Made by a program: the position numbers and the translations under genes. DNA of 64,000 bases from Antedon mediterranea. Lineage: Eukaryota; Animalia; Echinodermata. Where the stretch lies: the NCBI RefSeq assembly GCF_964355755.1, contig NC_092671.1, positions 26,610,070 through 26,674,069 on the forward strand. Reading direction: 5' to 3'. Shown here one piece after another: positions 51,801-62,443 of the stretch (positions are counted from its first letter, which is position 1; each line of letters starts with the position of its first letter). The notes beneath the pieces were generated by a model that did not search any database, had not been told where the DNA came from, and saw only the letters and a program-made list of their open reading frames with translations.

Positions 51801-51878
51801 AATGGAAAGCTGGGCATTATGTTTACAACACTGAAAGCGTGTTACTTCCAAATACAAAATGAGAAAATTCCATTATAA
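10542..51878 (+). CDS. ALS2: Alsin (ALS2), Rab5 GEF with RCC1-like, DH/PH, MORN and VPS9 domains; complete, about 1670 aa
   Basis: 26 GT-AG exons from 10622 to 51878 join in one continuous frame (5005 nt). The end reads [54 protein letters not shown], the alsin VPS9 C-terminus. The start exon is uncertain: MDKLRK at 10542-10558 or MNRARL.. at 9620-9681, both phase 2. Confidence 0.95.
10622..12127 (+). CDS. ALS2: ALS2 large exon: RCC1 repeats plus acidic insert
   Basis: [47 protein letters not shown]; donor AG|GTAAGC. Confidence 0.95.
13387..13483 (+). CDS. ALS2: ALS2 exon (RCC1 repeat, [12 protein letters not shown])
   Basis: tttcag acceptor, cag|gtaaac donor, in frame. Confidence 0.9.
15306..16250 (+). 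mobile_element. Non-autonomous element with asymmetric inverted repeats and a ~185-bp terminal hairpin
   Basis: Left end ttatattacatagcc pairs with subterminal ggctatataatataa (16047-16061). An imperfect palindrome follows at 16061-16246. An internal tRNA-like fragment lies near 15553-15617 (minus). Confidence 0.65.
17598..17778. mobile_element. Fold-back MITE, PIF/Harbinger-like (TTA target duplication)
   Basis: TIRs agggtctttcacacctgtt and aacaggtgtgaaagaccct, TTA on both sides; nearly the whole element is palindromic. Confidence 0.85.
18653..18724 (+). CDS. ALS2: ALS2 exon ([14 protein letters not shown])
   Basis: RCC1 motif, canonical splice sites. Confidence 0.9.
18850..19235 (+). mobile_element. 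5S rRNA + tRNA headed SINE with Deu-like core (copy 1)
   Basis: 5S-like head ggtcatac..ggatcactgaagttaag..cttgggtgggaaacc..tgggaat..ggtgct, then a tRNA-like segment, then ctcggatgtgacgttaa..cactatttcaaaagagtagagg. Homologous to 38906-39285. Confidence 0.7.
19708..19856 (+). repeat. ~22-bp degenerate tandem repeat, 7 copies, ending at an ALS2 splice acceptor
   Basis: Unit aacatctatttttagtagcaca; the last copy supplies the functional ttttag. Confidence 0.8.
19857..19969 (+). CDS. ALS2: ALS2 exon ([17 protein letters not shown])
   Basis: RCC1 motif, canonical splice sites. Confidence 0.9.
20198..20352. mobile_element. MITE with AGCTTGGTTCCCACT-type TIR
   Basis: agcttggttcccactaaagacgca vs tgcgtctctactgggaacaaact; related fragment near 26470-26595. 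Confidence 0.55.
20563..20743 (+). CDS. ALS2: ALS2 exon ([13 protein letters not shown])
   Basis: Phase 2 to 0, bridges the neighbouring exons. Confidence 0.8.
20877..21048 (+). CDS. ALS2: ALS2 exon (end of RLD, start of DH: [13 protein letters not shown])
   Basis: Canonical splice sites, in frame. Confidence 0.88.
21215..21670. repeat. Minisatellite, 38-bp unit x12, perfect
   Basis: (tatagagtactacaagcactttacagtacatgtgtgtc)12 with no spacers. Confidence 0.97.
21680..21946. mobile_element. MITE, PIF/Harbinger-like (TTA target duplication)
   Basis: TIRs agcctggtttccataaaatcgctaca and tgtagcgatttaatggaaaccaggct; TTA on both sides. Confidence 0.85.
22357..22612 (+). CDS. ALS2: ALS2 exon (DH domain)
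   Basis: Canonical splice sites, phase 1 to 2. Confidence 0.88.
22922..23058. mobile_element. Short MITE (AGCTCTGTCTACAC family), second copy at ~40227-40352
   Basis: Imperfect TIRs and shared internal catatatgg/gatgtca motifs between the two copies. Confidence 0.55.
23246..23408 (+). CDS. ALS2: ALS2 exon ([14 protein letters not shown])
   Basis: Canonical splice sites, in frame. Confidence 0.88.
23876..24007 (+). CDS. ALS2: ALS2 exon ([12 protein letters not shown])
   Basis: Canonical splice sites, in frame. Confidence 0.88.
24236..24364 (+). CDS. ALS2: ALS2 exon ([15 protein letters not shown])
   Basis: PH-domain motif, canonical splice sites. Confidence 0.9.
27971..28041 (+). CDS. ALS2: ALS2 exon ([15 protein letters not shown])
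   Basis: Canonical splice sites, in frame. Confidence 0.88.
28528..28818 (+). CDS. ALS2: ALS2 exon (PH helix EKSEWL; first [16 protein letters not shown])
   Basis: Canonical splice sites, in frame. Confidence 0.92.
28878..29967 (-). mobile_element. Non-autonomous Helitron, copy A (3' hairpin collapsed)
   Basis: Reverse-complement homologue of 34959-36426; the minus strand starts A|TCTATGTATAAATTTGCG. Confidence 0.75.
29993..30058 (+). CDS. ALS2: ALS2 exon ([19 protein letters not shown])
   Basis: MORN consensus, canonical splice sites. Confidence 0.9.
30373..30474 (+). CDS. ALS2: ALS2 exon ([14 protein letters not shown])
   Basis: MORN consensus, canonical splice sites. Confidence 0.9.
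31040..31341 (-). mobile_element. Complete ~300-bp hairpin-terminated element
   Basis: Palindrome 31040-31203 centred on gaggcaaagccgag; inverted repeats ttatataacatctaaata (31204-31221) and tatataggtgttatataa (31324-31341). Confidence 0.7.
31952..32745 (-). pseudogene. 28S rRNA: 28S rRNA pseudogene fragment, downstream of the R2 target site
   Basis: The minus strand begins TAGCCAAATGCC. It contains conserved LSU blocks (plus strand gtagggtaaaactaacctgtctcacgacggtctaaacccagctcacgttccc and gccacaagccagttatccctgtggtaac). The sarcin-ricin loop is mutated (AGTATGAGAGTAAC) and there are internal deletions. Confidence 0.93.
34959..36426 (+). mobile_element. Non-autonomous Helitron, copy B, inserted inside R2
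   Basis: Starts A|TCTATATATAAAT and ends with hairpin ctagatggtacgc..gcgtaccatCTAG|T; A-T target, no TSD. Confidence 0.8.
36610..36783 (-). ncRNA. HDV-like self-cleaving ribozyme remnant at the R2 5' end
   Basis: P1 GGGGUGA/UCACCCU with a G1-U wobble; P3 GCC/GGU; L3 UCCUAGC plus a 9-nt insert; GG for P1.1; P4 GUCUA/UAGAC; J4/2 GCUAA; P2 UUUUAUA/UCUAAAA with one mismatch. Confidence 0.7.
36786..37683 (-). pseudogene. 28S rRNA: 28S rRNA pseudogene fragment, upstream of the R2 target site
   Basis: Plus strand aagagagtcatagttactcccgccgtttaccc, cccttagagccaatccttttcccgaagttacggatc and cagcgccatccattttca are reverse complements of conserved LSU sequence; internal deletion near 37597. Confidence 0.93.
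38491..38755 (+). CDS. ALS2: ALS2 exon (four MORN repeats)
   Basis: YIGCF..RHGHG, YIGEW..KQGYG, YMGGW..RHGKG, YEGNF. Confidence 0.93.
38906..39285 (-). mobile_element. 5S rRNA + tRNA headed SINE with Deu-like core (copy 2)
   Basis: Minus strand GCCATACTGCATTGAAAC..GTTAAG..CTCGGATGAGAGA..CGGGTGCTGTA (5S-like), then TGGTGTAATGAT..GGTTCGAGCC (A and B boxes), then CACTATTCGAAAATAGTAGGG. Confidence 0.72.
39348..39425 (+). CDS. ALS2: ALS2 exon (MORN)
   Basis: [21 protein letters not shown]; canonical splice sites. Confidence 0.9.
39914..40032 (+). CDS. ALS2: ALS2 exon (last MORN)
   Basis: [22 protein letters not shown]; canonical splice sites. Confidence 0.9.
40862..41029 (+). CDS. ALS2: ALS2 exon ([16 protein letters not shown])
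   Basis: Canonical splice sites, in frame. Confidence 0.88.
41390..41510 (+). CDS. ALS2: ALS2 exon (LDMIP..IQGYLEK)
   Basis: Canonical splice sites, in frame. Confidence 0.85.
42242..42399 (+). CDS. ALS2: ALS2 exon ([17 protein letters not shown])
   Basis: Alsin-type motif, canonical splice sites. Confidence 0.9.
42703..42873 (+). CDS. ALS2: ALS2 exon (VLFPSLP..)
   Basis: Canonical splice sites, phase 2 to 2. Confidence 0.82.
43528..43707 (+). CDS. ALS2: ALS2 exon ([19 protein letters not shown])
   Basis: Alsin-type motif, canonical splice sites. Confidence 0.9.
44065..44380. repeat. Compound 16-bp minisatellite
   Basis: (tatatgacccggagty)4 grading into about 12-13 copies of tatatgaacttaggta or aacttaag variants. 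Confidence 0.9.
46930..47560. repeat. Degenerate ~96-bp tandem repeat, about 6 copies
   Basis: aggcaata recurs at 47055, 47151, 47247 and 47342. Confidence 0.85.
48139..48184 (+). CDS. ALS2: ALS2 small exon ([15 protein letters not shown])
   Basis: Needed for phase continuity (2 to 0); canonical splice sites. Confidence 0.75.
49264..49325 (+). CDS. ALS2: ALS2 exon (VPS9 start, [14 protein letters not shown])
   Basis: Canonical splice sites, in frame. Confidence 0.85.
49943..50210 (-). mobile_element. Further copy of the hairpin-terminated element
   Basis: Same palindrome as 31040-31203; the adjacent body matches the reverse complement of 38041-38107. Confidence 0.7.
50977..51123 (+). CDS. 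ALS2: ALS2 exon (VPS9, [14 protein letters not shown])
   Basis: VPS9 motif MDDLFP with the key Asp. Confidence 0.93.
51740..51878 (+). CDS. ALS2: ALS2 last coding exon (VPS9 C-terminus, stop TAA)
   Basis: [26 protein letters not shown]. Confidence 0.93.
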
Positions 51879-54800
51879 GGTACCTATATAATATTATGCC
51901 AACTATAAAATCATATACCCATGCAATTTAGGTCCGATTTATCAAACTTGCTTAGCAAAAAATACGGCATTTAAACTTTGTTTAAAACATTTTCCAAAAT
52001 AACCTAATAACCTTGTCTGTCTTAAGATGAAAAGAACTGGTTTGATAAATAAAGCTACAGTTTTTCCAAGCACTGTTTGGCCAGCCTAGTCAAGTTTTGT
52101 CAAGTCAATCAATATAAATGATAGCGAGTGTCGAGAGTAATGTATAACTCTTATAGACCGTTCTGTTCATTATCGGGTTGGTAGATTTTAATATTATCAA
52201 TCGTCTTACCGAAATGCTCGCTGATAATAACATACACATTTCTCGTAATTCCTGTTCTATATGTATAAGAAAAAAAATTGGATTTGTCATTCTCCGGCAA
52301 TTTTTCTGTTACTGAAATTATTTTTCTTTGCCCATAGTATACACAAAAAATATGTAACACTAGAAAGGAGTTAAGAATTGAACATTATTTTAATAGTCAT
52401 TGATTTATTAAGTCTGAACATGGAGTTTCTTAAAAGCTATGTTGCCTTGTTCATCATTCACACATAGGCTAAGGAAAATAATTTAACATTCTCCTGTCCA
52501 ATTGCATACCGCTTAAAGGAAATTCTCAATGTTTATTGAAAAAGTACTCAGTATTATTATCAAGTGTTTTTTGTAAATACGGCAACAGATCACAAATATT
52601 TCGGAGTCCAGGATTTAATTAAAAACCTTTTCGACTTTCTGTTATTTGCTGTTGGGAGAAAAACCTGTGAGAGCAACCCTTTTTTCTTATTTTTTTCTAA
52701 TTTTAATATTGTTATTAAAAATTAAAACGTTTATAATATCAAATTTAATAAATCAATGATAAATGTTAAAATTGAGAACATATAAAAAAAGAAAAATTTT
52801 AGCTTGGATTTTCTGTTGGATATTCCAAAACCCTGAAATTATACCACTGTTGTACATATTGTGAATGTATTTATTTAGCAATCAATGAGTATTGTCTTCA
52901 GTTAAAAAAAATGATACTTACTAAATATCTAGGTGTATACATGGCAGGTTTTTTCAGAGCTATCAAATCAGTGTACTGATGGGTTTGAATTTAGTTACAT
53001 TAAAACTATTATAATTCAATCATAGCACAATTCTGTAGTATTACATACTACTGTTTATGTCTAGGCTTGTCTTCAATTCTGTTTCTAATATTGAATCGAT
53101 ATTTGTCAACATATAGGGTTTGAAAAGATAATGTAAGTGTGCATCCAAAGTTAGAGCACTGCTTTCTGAATGGCTTGGCTTTCAAGCCTAGCATTCATCA
53201 ATGATTTATGATGGATAAATTGAATAAAAGTTTATTTTAGAACAGTAGGTAAGTGATAAAACAAATAATTAATGTTTTCATTCATTGAATGTAGAGAATA
53301 TTTAATTCCAAAAATTGACTGCTCTATTTTATAGCCTTGAGCAGTCAATCTTTCAACTAATGAAATATTCTCAACATCATTCTCATAAATATTCATTATT
53401 TGCATTATTACACCTATACTATTTAACTAAAATACCACAGGATAATCCTATACCTTTCATCATTTTGGTCACTCAATCCATGCTCAATCAAAGTACTTGT
53501 TTTACAGTGGTGTCACCTTCATAAATTGACATACATCAAAAAGATTAATTGAAATAAATTGAACAAATTTGTTTTACTTCCCACCCAGGAATGTAAATGC
53601 GTTTTGGTTGACTTCATTGAATTGAATACTTTTGTTTTTGGAAATTAACTTTTATATTAACATTTGTGACCACAACTGAGAAAAGTCGAAAGGACCAAAT
53701 TCTACAATTTACAGGTGGAATTAGCTTTATTCAGTGTGCAATAATAGGATTTAAAATCATTTCATATTGTAGTTAGCTATAAAAAAAATATTATTTTATT
53801 GTTTGTTATGTAATTGAAAGCTTATCTAATGAGGCAATTGTATCTCTTTAATTTATTTATTAGGAATAATGAAACAATTAATATATTAATTTTAGTATTA
53901 ATATTTTGTTAATCATTTATTAATTATTGTTGATGATAATGGTGAGAATATATGTGTGATATTGATTATTTCAATTATGGACGCAAGAAGGATCTGGTTC
54001 TTTATATATACAGTATCAAAGATATATTCTGTGATAAAGCGTCTCATATGTGTTGCATGTAATGTCTGGGCTATATGATGTCAAATGTGGAGATACAGTA
54101 TAGATAATCAGGTGGTTAATCATTTCCGTTTATCAATGTCATTTACATATACAGTAGATCTCTGCCTTTGAACAAACACACCCCTCACCCACCCTCCCTC
54201 CCTCTCATTCAGAGGACACCCCTATTAAGGGGAAACTTGTGGTGCGAGTGTGTCAACATTGTAACTTTTTGTTGCCACCAACCGACAGTTGTTTAGTATT
54301 CTAGTTAATAGAAATTTTAAAATGGGGCTTAATCATTTTTTAATTTTGGAGGTTAGCCCTCAACTTGGCAGAGGTAAGTAATCTATAATTGCCCTTGTTG
54401 TTTTCATTGTAATACTAATCAAAACAAATAATATCCCATTTTATTTGTTTTTGTTTAAATCAATTTTGTAATTATTATTATGTTTTTTGTTATTATTATG
54501 TTAATTTTGTCGTTTATTTATCTACTTTATTTACAAAGAAAATAAAAGAAGTTGTCATTGTTGTCATACAATATAAAGTCAAATATTTCTCGTACATAAC
54601 AGCTGGATAGAATCTACTAATATTGATATTACAGCATTAATAATATTATATTTTTATTATTGATTTCATTGTAGTACATTGAAAATTGAAACCATATTAT
54701 TGCTGTTGATGTTAATAAAAATGTGTTTTACTGTAATTACACAGGATTGTAATTTAATTTAACAGTATGAATGTAGATAGAATAGAATGACCATATTGTT

Positions 54801-57338
54801 AGCCAATGTGTTGTTCCTGAGGCGTTATTTTCAAAACGTTGTCAGCACACTATTCGAAGGCTGGCTTGTCATAGTAACACGATTTGTTCTTGTTCAAATC
54901 AAGCGTATTATTATTTTACAGCAGTAACTACATGTATTAATTGTCCTTGCCTCTGCTCTTTCCTCCAAAACCATCGACAGAACCAATGCATTTATTCCAA
55001 ATTTCAATTACAAATTATAATTTTAATTGCCCAAGTGTAATGTTGTGTTGTAGTGTAGTAAGGTACCGTAGTTAAACATAAATATTATTTATATTTTGTA
55101 TATTACGTTTAAATGGGAGCATAGATCCTAATTTGCTTTGTAACACGAGGTAAAAGTTATTACGTTACGCTACGCAACGCAGTTTTAAGTGTGCTATATT
55201 AAGGTTATATTTACATACTTTTCACGATTTTGAGAACAAGAAAAAGTGGTATCAAATTTGTAGTTAAAAATATAGTAGGTAATAACGACACTAAATGTTT
55301 TAACGTAATGCTCTGCCTGTTGTAACATTGATATCATTAGCCGTTGTTATTCAATAAAATAGTGTCATACTCTGTATAATTATAATTTTAAATTATTTAA
55401 ATAAAATATATACGAGTCAGAGTGTATAAATTATAGTTAATTTATCTTGATATTTATAACCATATAATTAAATGATGTATGTATTATTAAAAATAAGCTG
55501 TACAGCATAGTAAAGCTGCTTTGTTATTAATTTGTGTATACAGAAAGGGGATTCAATTTTAATGTTTCTTGTAATATAGAAGTGTGTATTTTTGCTTTAT
55601 TTCAACCAACAAATATTTGCCTTTCATGTTTGGAATTTAGAATGATTGGTGTGTAAATGTGAGCGTCTTGAAGTGCAACTATAACTATTAAAAAACCTGC
55701 AGAAAATTATTGTTGTAGGCCTCTTGTATTCAGTTATTTTACACATGCATTCTGTTTTCTTTATTCGGTAATCATTGAGAATGCATACCAGGATGCACCG
55801 CACATTTCTTTAAAATGGGGTCCTGTTAACATCTTGAATGTGCTGCAATAGGTCGTTATTATTAACATTTGACGATATATGGTACAACTAAACCTCTCGC
55901 TGGTGATGGCCAAGAGCTCATGAAGTTAAATATCAAATATAACACGGCAGAAACCTATTCATTTTCTTATTGAGAAGCACCCGCTCTAGCTTTCTTTATT
56001 GATGTACCCAAACACTAATGGGTTGTTCCATGTAGGCCGAGATGTTTTAGGTCTATAATATATAATATATTTGTTTACATGTTGCTTTCCTTTGAATTCA
56101 TTTTTACAATTAAAAAAAATAGTTATAATTTTTTTTTTAAACACAATAACTCGCATGTACGTGTATGTCTGCGTGTGCATACACAACATGTAAAATAAAG
56201 ATTAATAGGCCACTTTGTAGTTTTAATCGAGGTCCCCCCGAAAAATATGTTTTCACGTACTTACAAAAGACAAACTGTTAAATTCAACCCCAAAACATTT
56301 ATTTTTCGATTGTTAAAGTGAATAACTATAATAGAACATTAAAATACCACATTCAACAAAAAGATTTGAAAACAATTATTTTTTTCAGGTGGGCAATATA
56401 TCTTTAAACACAAAAGCTGCGTAGTTGGTGAGCTTCCCTCTTGGAAAGCTGTTCGTAAATAAGAAAGTTCGTTCGTATTTAAAAAAAAAGAAGTTTAGAA
56501 GACCTTATTTGAATTAATACAATACGATATATTACAATATAACTACTATTGTATTATTAACTTAAAATACTTATTTTTTAACAAAACCTAAAAAATAGGT
56601 TTATAAAGATGAAGTGTGTAAATTATTTTAACAAACCATTAAGCACAAAAGAGAACTCGCCTTATACAGCCACAGCGTATTTTAATTTATAGTTAATTTT
56701 CCAATCCCATTGTTATTAATGGTAATGCATCATAATATTAGCATTTGAACAAGTATTAATAATAATTATAAATAAATCGATTCTATTTTAGATACCATCC
56801 TCTTGTTGCTTGCTAAACATGAAACAGTTGATGCAGTTGACCTGCTCATAATGTATCGATTTGATTCTTATTGCTTTTGTTATATCAAAACGTGTGTACC
56901 GTTCGTGGGATGCGAGAATGATGAAACATACACATTGTGCAAGAAAATAAAATGAGAATTTTATTCAAGTATTAATGACATTTTACAAACATTTGTAAAA
57001 TAATGAAACAAATATATACGATATACGGTACGACAGACAGTTATTATAAACTGCGACAGCACTGTTATTGTAAAATGCGACAGCTCAATTATTACAAAAT
57101 GCGATAGCAGCTATTACAAATTATTTCTCAAATTAAACAATAAATAATGTAGGCCTACAGAACATTTAAAATGGGCGTGATCCCAAATATTCATTTATTA
57201 TGTTCGAATTCTGTACGTTCATTCCTCTTTCAGGACGATTAAGATGGTTTATTCAGTAACAAAACATCAACACTTGACCACAATATTGGCGAACATGAAA
57301 TTTGGTTTTCTGATTCTTAAAATATATAAATGTACCAT

Positions 57339-58057
57339 TTGATAGCCTACAAATTCACATTGTAAATGTGTAAACAAATTGATAGCCTACAAATTCACAT
57401 TGTAAATGTGTAAACAAATTGATAGCCTACAAATTCACATTGTAAATGTGTAAACAAATTGATAGCCTACAAATTCACATTGTAAATGTGTAAACAAATT
57501 GATAGCCTACAAATTCACATTTTAAATGTGTAAACAAATTGATAGCCTACAAATTCACATTGTAAATGTGTAAACAAATTGATAGCCTACAAATTCACAT
57601 TGTAAATGTGTAAACAAATTGATAGCCTACAAATTCACATTGTAAATGTGTAAACAAATTGATAGCCTACAAATTCACATTGTAAATGTGTAAACAAATT
57701 GATAGCCTACAAATTCACATTGTAAATGTGTAAACAAATTGATAGCCTACAAATTCACATTGTAAATGTGTAAACAAATTGATAGCCTACAAATTCACAT
57801 TGTAAATGTGTAAACAAATTGATAGCCTACAAATTCACATTGTAAATGTGTAAACAAATTGATAGCCTACAAATTCACATTGTAAATGTGTAAACAAATT
57901 GATAGCCTACAAATTCACATTGTAAATGTGTAAACAAATTGATAGCCTACAAATTCACATTGTAATGTGTAAACAAATTGATAGCCTACAAATTAACATT
58001 GTAAATGTGTAAACAAATTGATAGCCTACAAATTCACATTGTAAATGTGTAAACAAA
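57339..58057. repeat. Minisatellite, 40-bp unit x18
   Basis: (ttgatagcctacaaattcacattgtaaatgtgtaaacaaa)18 with three single-base variants and no spacers. Confidence 0.97.
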
Positions 58058-61000
58058 AAATAAATAAAGAAGAGTTAGAAACAAATATAGAATATGTGCT
58101 GTTTCTCAATTCAAGTATATTATAACGGTTTTGTTTTTAGAAATTTAAATATTCTTCTAAATATAAAAGAAGGAACGACTTATAAAATACTTAGTTATAC
58201 AAGTAAACGTTCAAAGAAAACATTAGAAGTGACTTATTTGGTTTAGTTACATTTGATTACTGTTTTAATCTTAAGAAAATAAATGTTACTTTGATTGATT
58301 GATTGATTGATTGATTATGCGCATCTATTTAAATTCAACCTGTTAGTGGCGGTTTCGTCGCTGTTGGGTCAACTGAATAACATTTAAAAAAATTAAATTA
58401 AATATCCTTTCAAAATCCTCTACAGAATAACACCTATATGCCGTGATTATATGTAGTTTTACAAATAATGTTGATCATTATTGTTGTACTGATTTGTAGT
58501 GCCATGGAACATACTAAAATGCAACTCGAGCCTCCTGTTCTGCGTTGTACCGTTATTATTTTGTTTTAATTATTATTAGTATTTCAGGGGTCATTTTGAG
58601 ACAGGTTTTACTTCTAGTTTTGATCGCTAAGATGTTCTTATATTAATTGTTGATTATTGTTAAAATATTGTGTGTTATATATTGTTTGTAATGACCATCT
58701 TAAATAAATGTTTATTGAAACTTGAAAAGAAAAGAAGTCGAAGATGGTCCGGTGAGTTCACTTTATCAGTTCTTAATTCTAATTCTGTTTTATATGATAG
58801 TATCACAGTTCGTTCACTGTAAAGATAGATTCCTTCCCACTTTGGGTTGGGATATTTGTTTGTGAAAGAATTGAGATTTGGTTGAGAGAAAATACCTGAA
58901 ATTCTTATGACGTTTTCACTACATGTACTGTAAACAGAAAGACGAGCATCTAATTGCAATTGTGCAAACTAAGTGACGATCAATCTAGACATTGATCATA
59001 TGTATGTAGTTTATTCGGTGAGTGAACGACTGTGGCTAAACAGGTAATATTGAGGTATCAAGTTGAATTTGTAAAAAAATAATTTCTCCAGATCCTAGAA
59101 ATCGGCAAAAGAATATTGATGTAGCTATCGCTTATTATCACGACGTCACCTAGGTAATATACATAATAGGGGCTGAGGATTATAATCTCATATTATGTAT
59201 ATTGTGGGGTTTTGCGTTTAATAATATCTAAAATATAATACTATAACTATGTACAGTGTAACTATAGCGATATTATTCGGCGACAACATTCAGTAGCCTA
59301 CTTTGAATTTATCAAGAGACTAAATTAGCTCATTTGAAAACACACGTGTACAAATTAAGGCGATGTTTTCTTTTCAATGTAGTGCATCAAATCTATTATT
59401 TAACTAGTTGTTGATAAGATACTGTAAGAAATATTTATCGATCATATAATGTTGTATTAATGTGAACATTTTAAAGGGAATATGCACTATTCATCAATGA
59501 ATTTTGCTTTTCCGTTCAATGAAAGAGAGGATGACGTAGGCTAATTGTACTGCAGATATTGTATGTAATGTACAGTCCTATTTAATGATATTTTACTTAG
59601 ATAGAACGGAAGAAACATTTTTATACTGTATAATTTATAACATTAGCATACCAGAAGATACACTAAATAATTTCAGAGATAAAATAAAACAAGAGTATTT
59701 AAAAATAAAGGGCAGGACACATTAATAATTCAATAATTATAAATACTGTAAGATAGAAAAAGACACTAATACAAACAGTAGCACTCCGATTAAGAAAATA
59801 CTTTTAAAAACACCTCGCGACCCACACCACACTTCCATCCAGAATACCATACTTAGTTTAGTAGTATTATCCTGTCACTAATGACTCCAACAAACAAATA
59901 TCAATAATTTTACCAACACATTCTAGGTATAGTTTGTCATTCTGTACGGTACATAATTAAAGTTTAATTTAATATAGTATAACAAGATAACGCAATTAAG
60001 GAAAGCACTCATCCATGATCTACTTCAATTTCATATAATTAACAATGATTACAATATTGAGAAAGCATCTAACACAATGCCATTATAGATTTGGCATTTC
60101 TTGCCAAAAGAAACCAAATCTATAACTCTTTTGAATCCTATTAGACGGGAGTTTGTAAGGCACGTGGACATTGCAATGATCTTTGCATTCAAACAGACCT
60201 TAAATTGTATACGTTCAAAACACATTCCAATGACTGTAAAAGGATGACATAAGATTCTCCAATAATATGATTCAAAGCAATGAATAACATGTGTTTATTG
60301 ATTTGCGGCCATTTTATTTCCTGTCTTTGACTCTATGCAGCCACTGTTTCCATCAACTTTCAGCAATTTACATTTGGACTATCATTTAGAAAAATGACAT
60401 GATCTAATAGACGTTAATAAAAAAAATATGGGCTGACAATTATAAATATGTGAGACCAATGCAATAGGACAACAGGATGCTGAGCTCACCTGCAAAGATA
60501 TGAACTTGCAACAGTCCTTTGATCTTAGGATTAGCTGTGACACATTCATACTAGTTGTAGTTACAGTACCACGTACATTATTCTCCGGGTTCGAATTACC
60601 TTTGTGAAACCTTTAAAGTAGCTGACTATGAAAATAAATGTTTTGTATTCGTTGGAATGGTCAGAATTATTTCATGAGTTACCCGGTAGATATTAACTGT
60701 TTTATTAATCCTATAAATAATACAAATAATGAATAATAAAAGCATTTATAATGAGCTATATATCCAATCAATGATTGCTCATAGGCGCAGTACATATGTA
60801 TAAAACCATTTTAAGAATTAAAACAATTTTAGAAAGCAAGTTAAAAAACCCTAAAGTCTACGACTTGAATCACACACAATATGACTTAATAGAGACTGAA
60901 CACGGACTGAAGAAAGTTTCGTATCTTATGTATCACAAACTATATATTTTGTCCATTCTTTCGATGTTTTTTTTTTTCATTTTTCGAAATGAGGAATTCC

Positions 61001-62443
61001 ATAGATTAGAGATTATAAAGTAGTTATATGATATAGTTCTCATAATTGATTTTGTTCCCGCACATTTTAAAAGATATCTGACGCAAACTTGTGATGGCTC
61101 AGTGGATAATGATTGAAATCCAATAAAATTGATTGATTATGAAAGAATTTCGTCAATCGTCTCCTTAGTTTTTTTGTATGTTTATACTGTAACCAGCACA
61201 ATAATAATTTGCATGATAAACGTTGTCATGACAATGAGGTTGTATTTACATTGACACTATCAAAAACTACTAGATAACTTGAGACGATTTAATCAAATTG
61301 TTAACAACTCGGCAACTACGCAACCAGTCTACATCGTACGAGGAGTGTCGCATTAAGATAATAATCTGTTCTTTTACATATTGTGAAAATAAAATAGTTA
61401 GGTGAGTAATGGTTTTTTTTTACTGTTTGCTAATTACGTTAGAATGAAAAAACGTTTTTTTTTTATTAATATCGTTTGATAAAAGTGTTCAAATAAAATA
61501 AACAAAGTATTGTCAGAGTTTTATATTGTTACATTGTCCGAGGTTACACTTTAGTACGTGGGTAAGTTAAGGCAGAGAAAAACTTAAAATATTTTTTAAA
61601 TACGAATCAACAATTTTGCTGAAAGTCCCTGGAAAAATTGTATACATATTTATTTATCTATTTTATTTACAAACATATTTATACAGGATTATACACAATC
61701 AAGTAGAAATATACCTGTTTTGCATTGTGGTCCTGTCGACAAAAACGGATACAAATTTAAATACAATACAAATACAGTTAATAAAAATAGCAATAAAAAA
61801 AAATAATAACAGGAAGTTAAATGTTATGAGAAGAAATGAGATCTGTATCTAGCTTTAAAGGACATTATGATATAGAAATTCGAAAAGATCGATTGGTCTA
61901 GCAGGGAAGAGTATAATTTCTGGTGCTAGAACAAGTTTGGTTCGGTGCTTGGGTCTCCATTCTCTTATTCAACTGAGGAACTTAAGTAGATTATATAAGT
62001 TACTATATATAATATACATTGACTTACAATACAATTGTAATCCTTTTTGTCCAAACTTTGAAAATGTGTTTCTTAGGATCATTTATGTAAATAGTGTTGC
62101 TACTATACTAATGTTTCTACTTCTATTATAGTATATTCTAATTTAGTGAATAATGCTATTAGTACTAAGGAAATTTTAGACTCTACAGCTCACTATGTCG
62201 GTCGATTGGTCGGTTGGTCGGTAAACTAACTTGAGCACGCGACTGCAGCCATGTATATGACCTTGTTTACATTAGTTCTATATGAAAATATTAAATAAAG
62301 CAAAAATATTATAGATTAAAGAATATAAATAACACAAACAACTGTATTCGTATTAACTGCCAGAGTACGGTATATCTTTAAAAAAATACGCTATACAATT
62401 TTTTCTCAGTATTTTTATATTTATAATTTTCAGATCATTAAGG

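Noticed and set aside
57339-58057. CRISPR-like 40-bp partly palindromic repeats
   Set aside because: No spacers; simple minisatellite.
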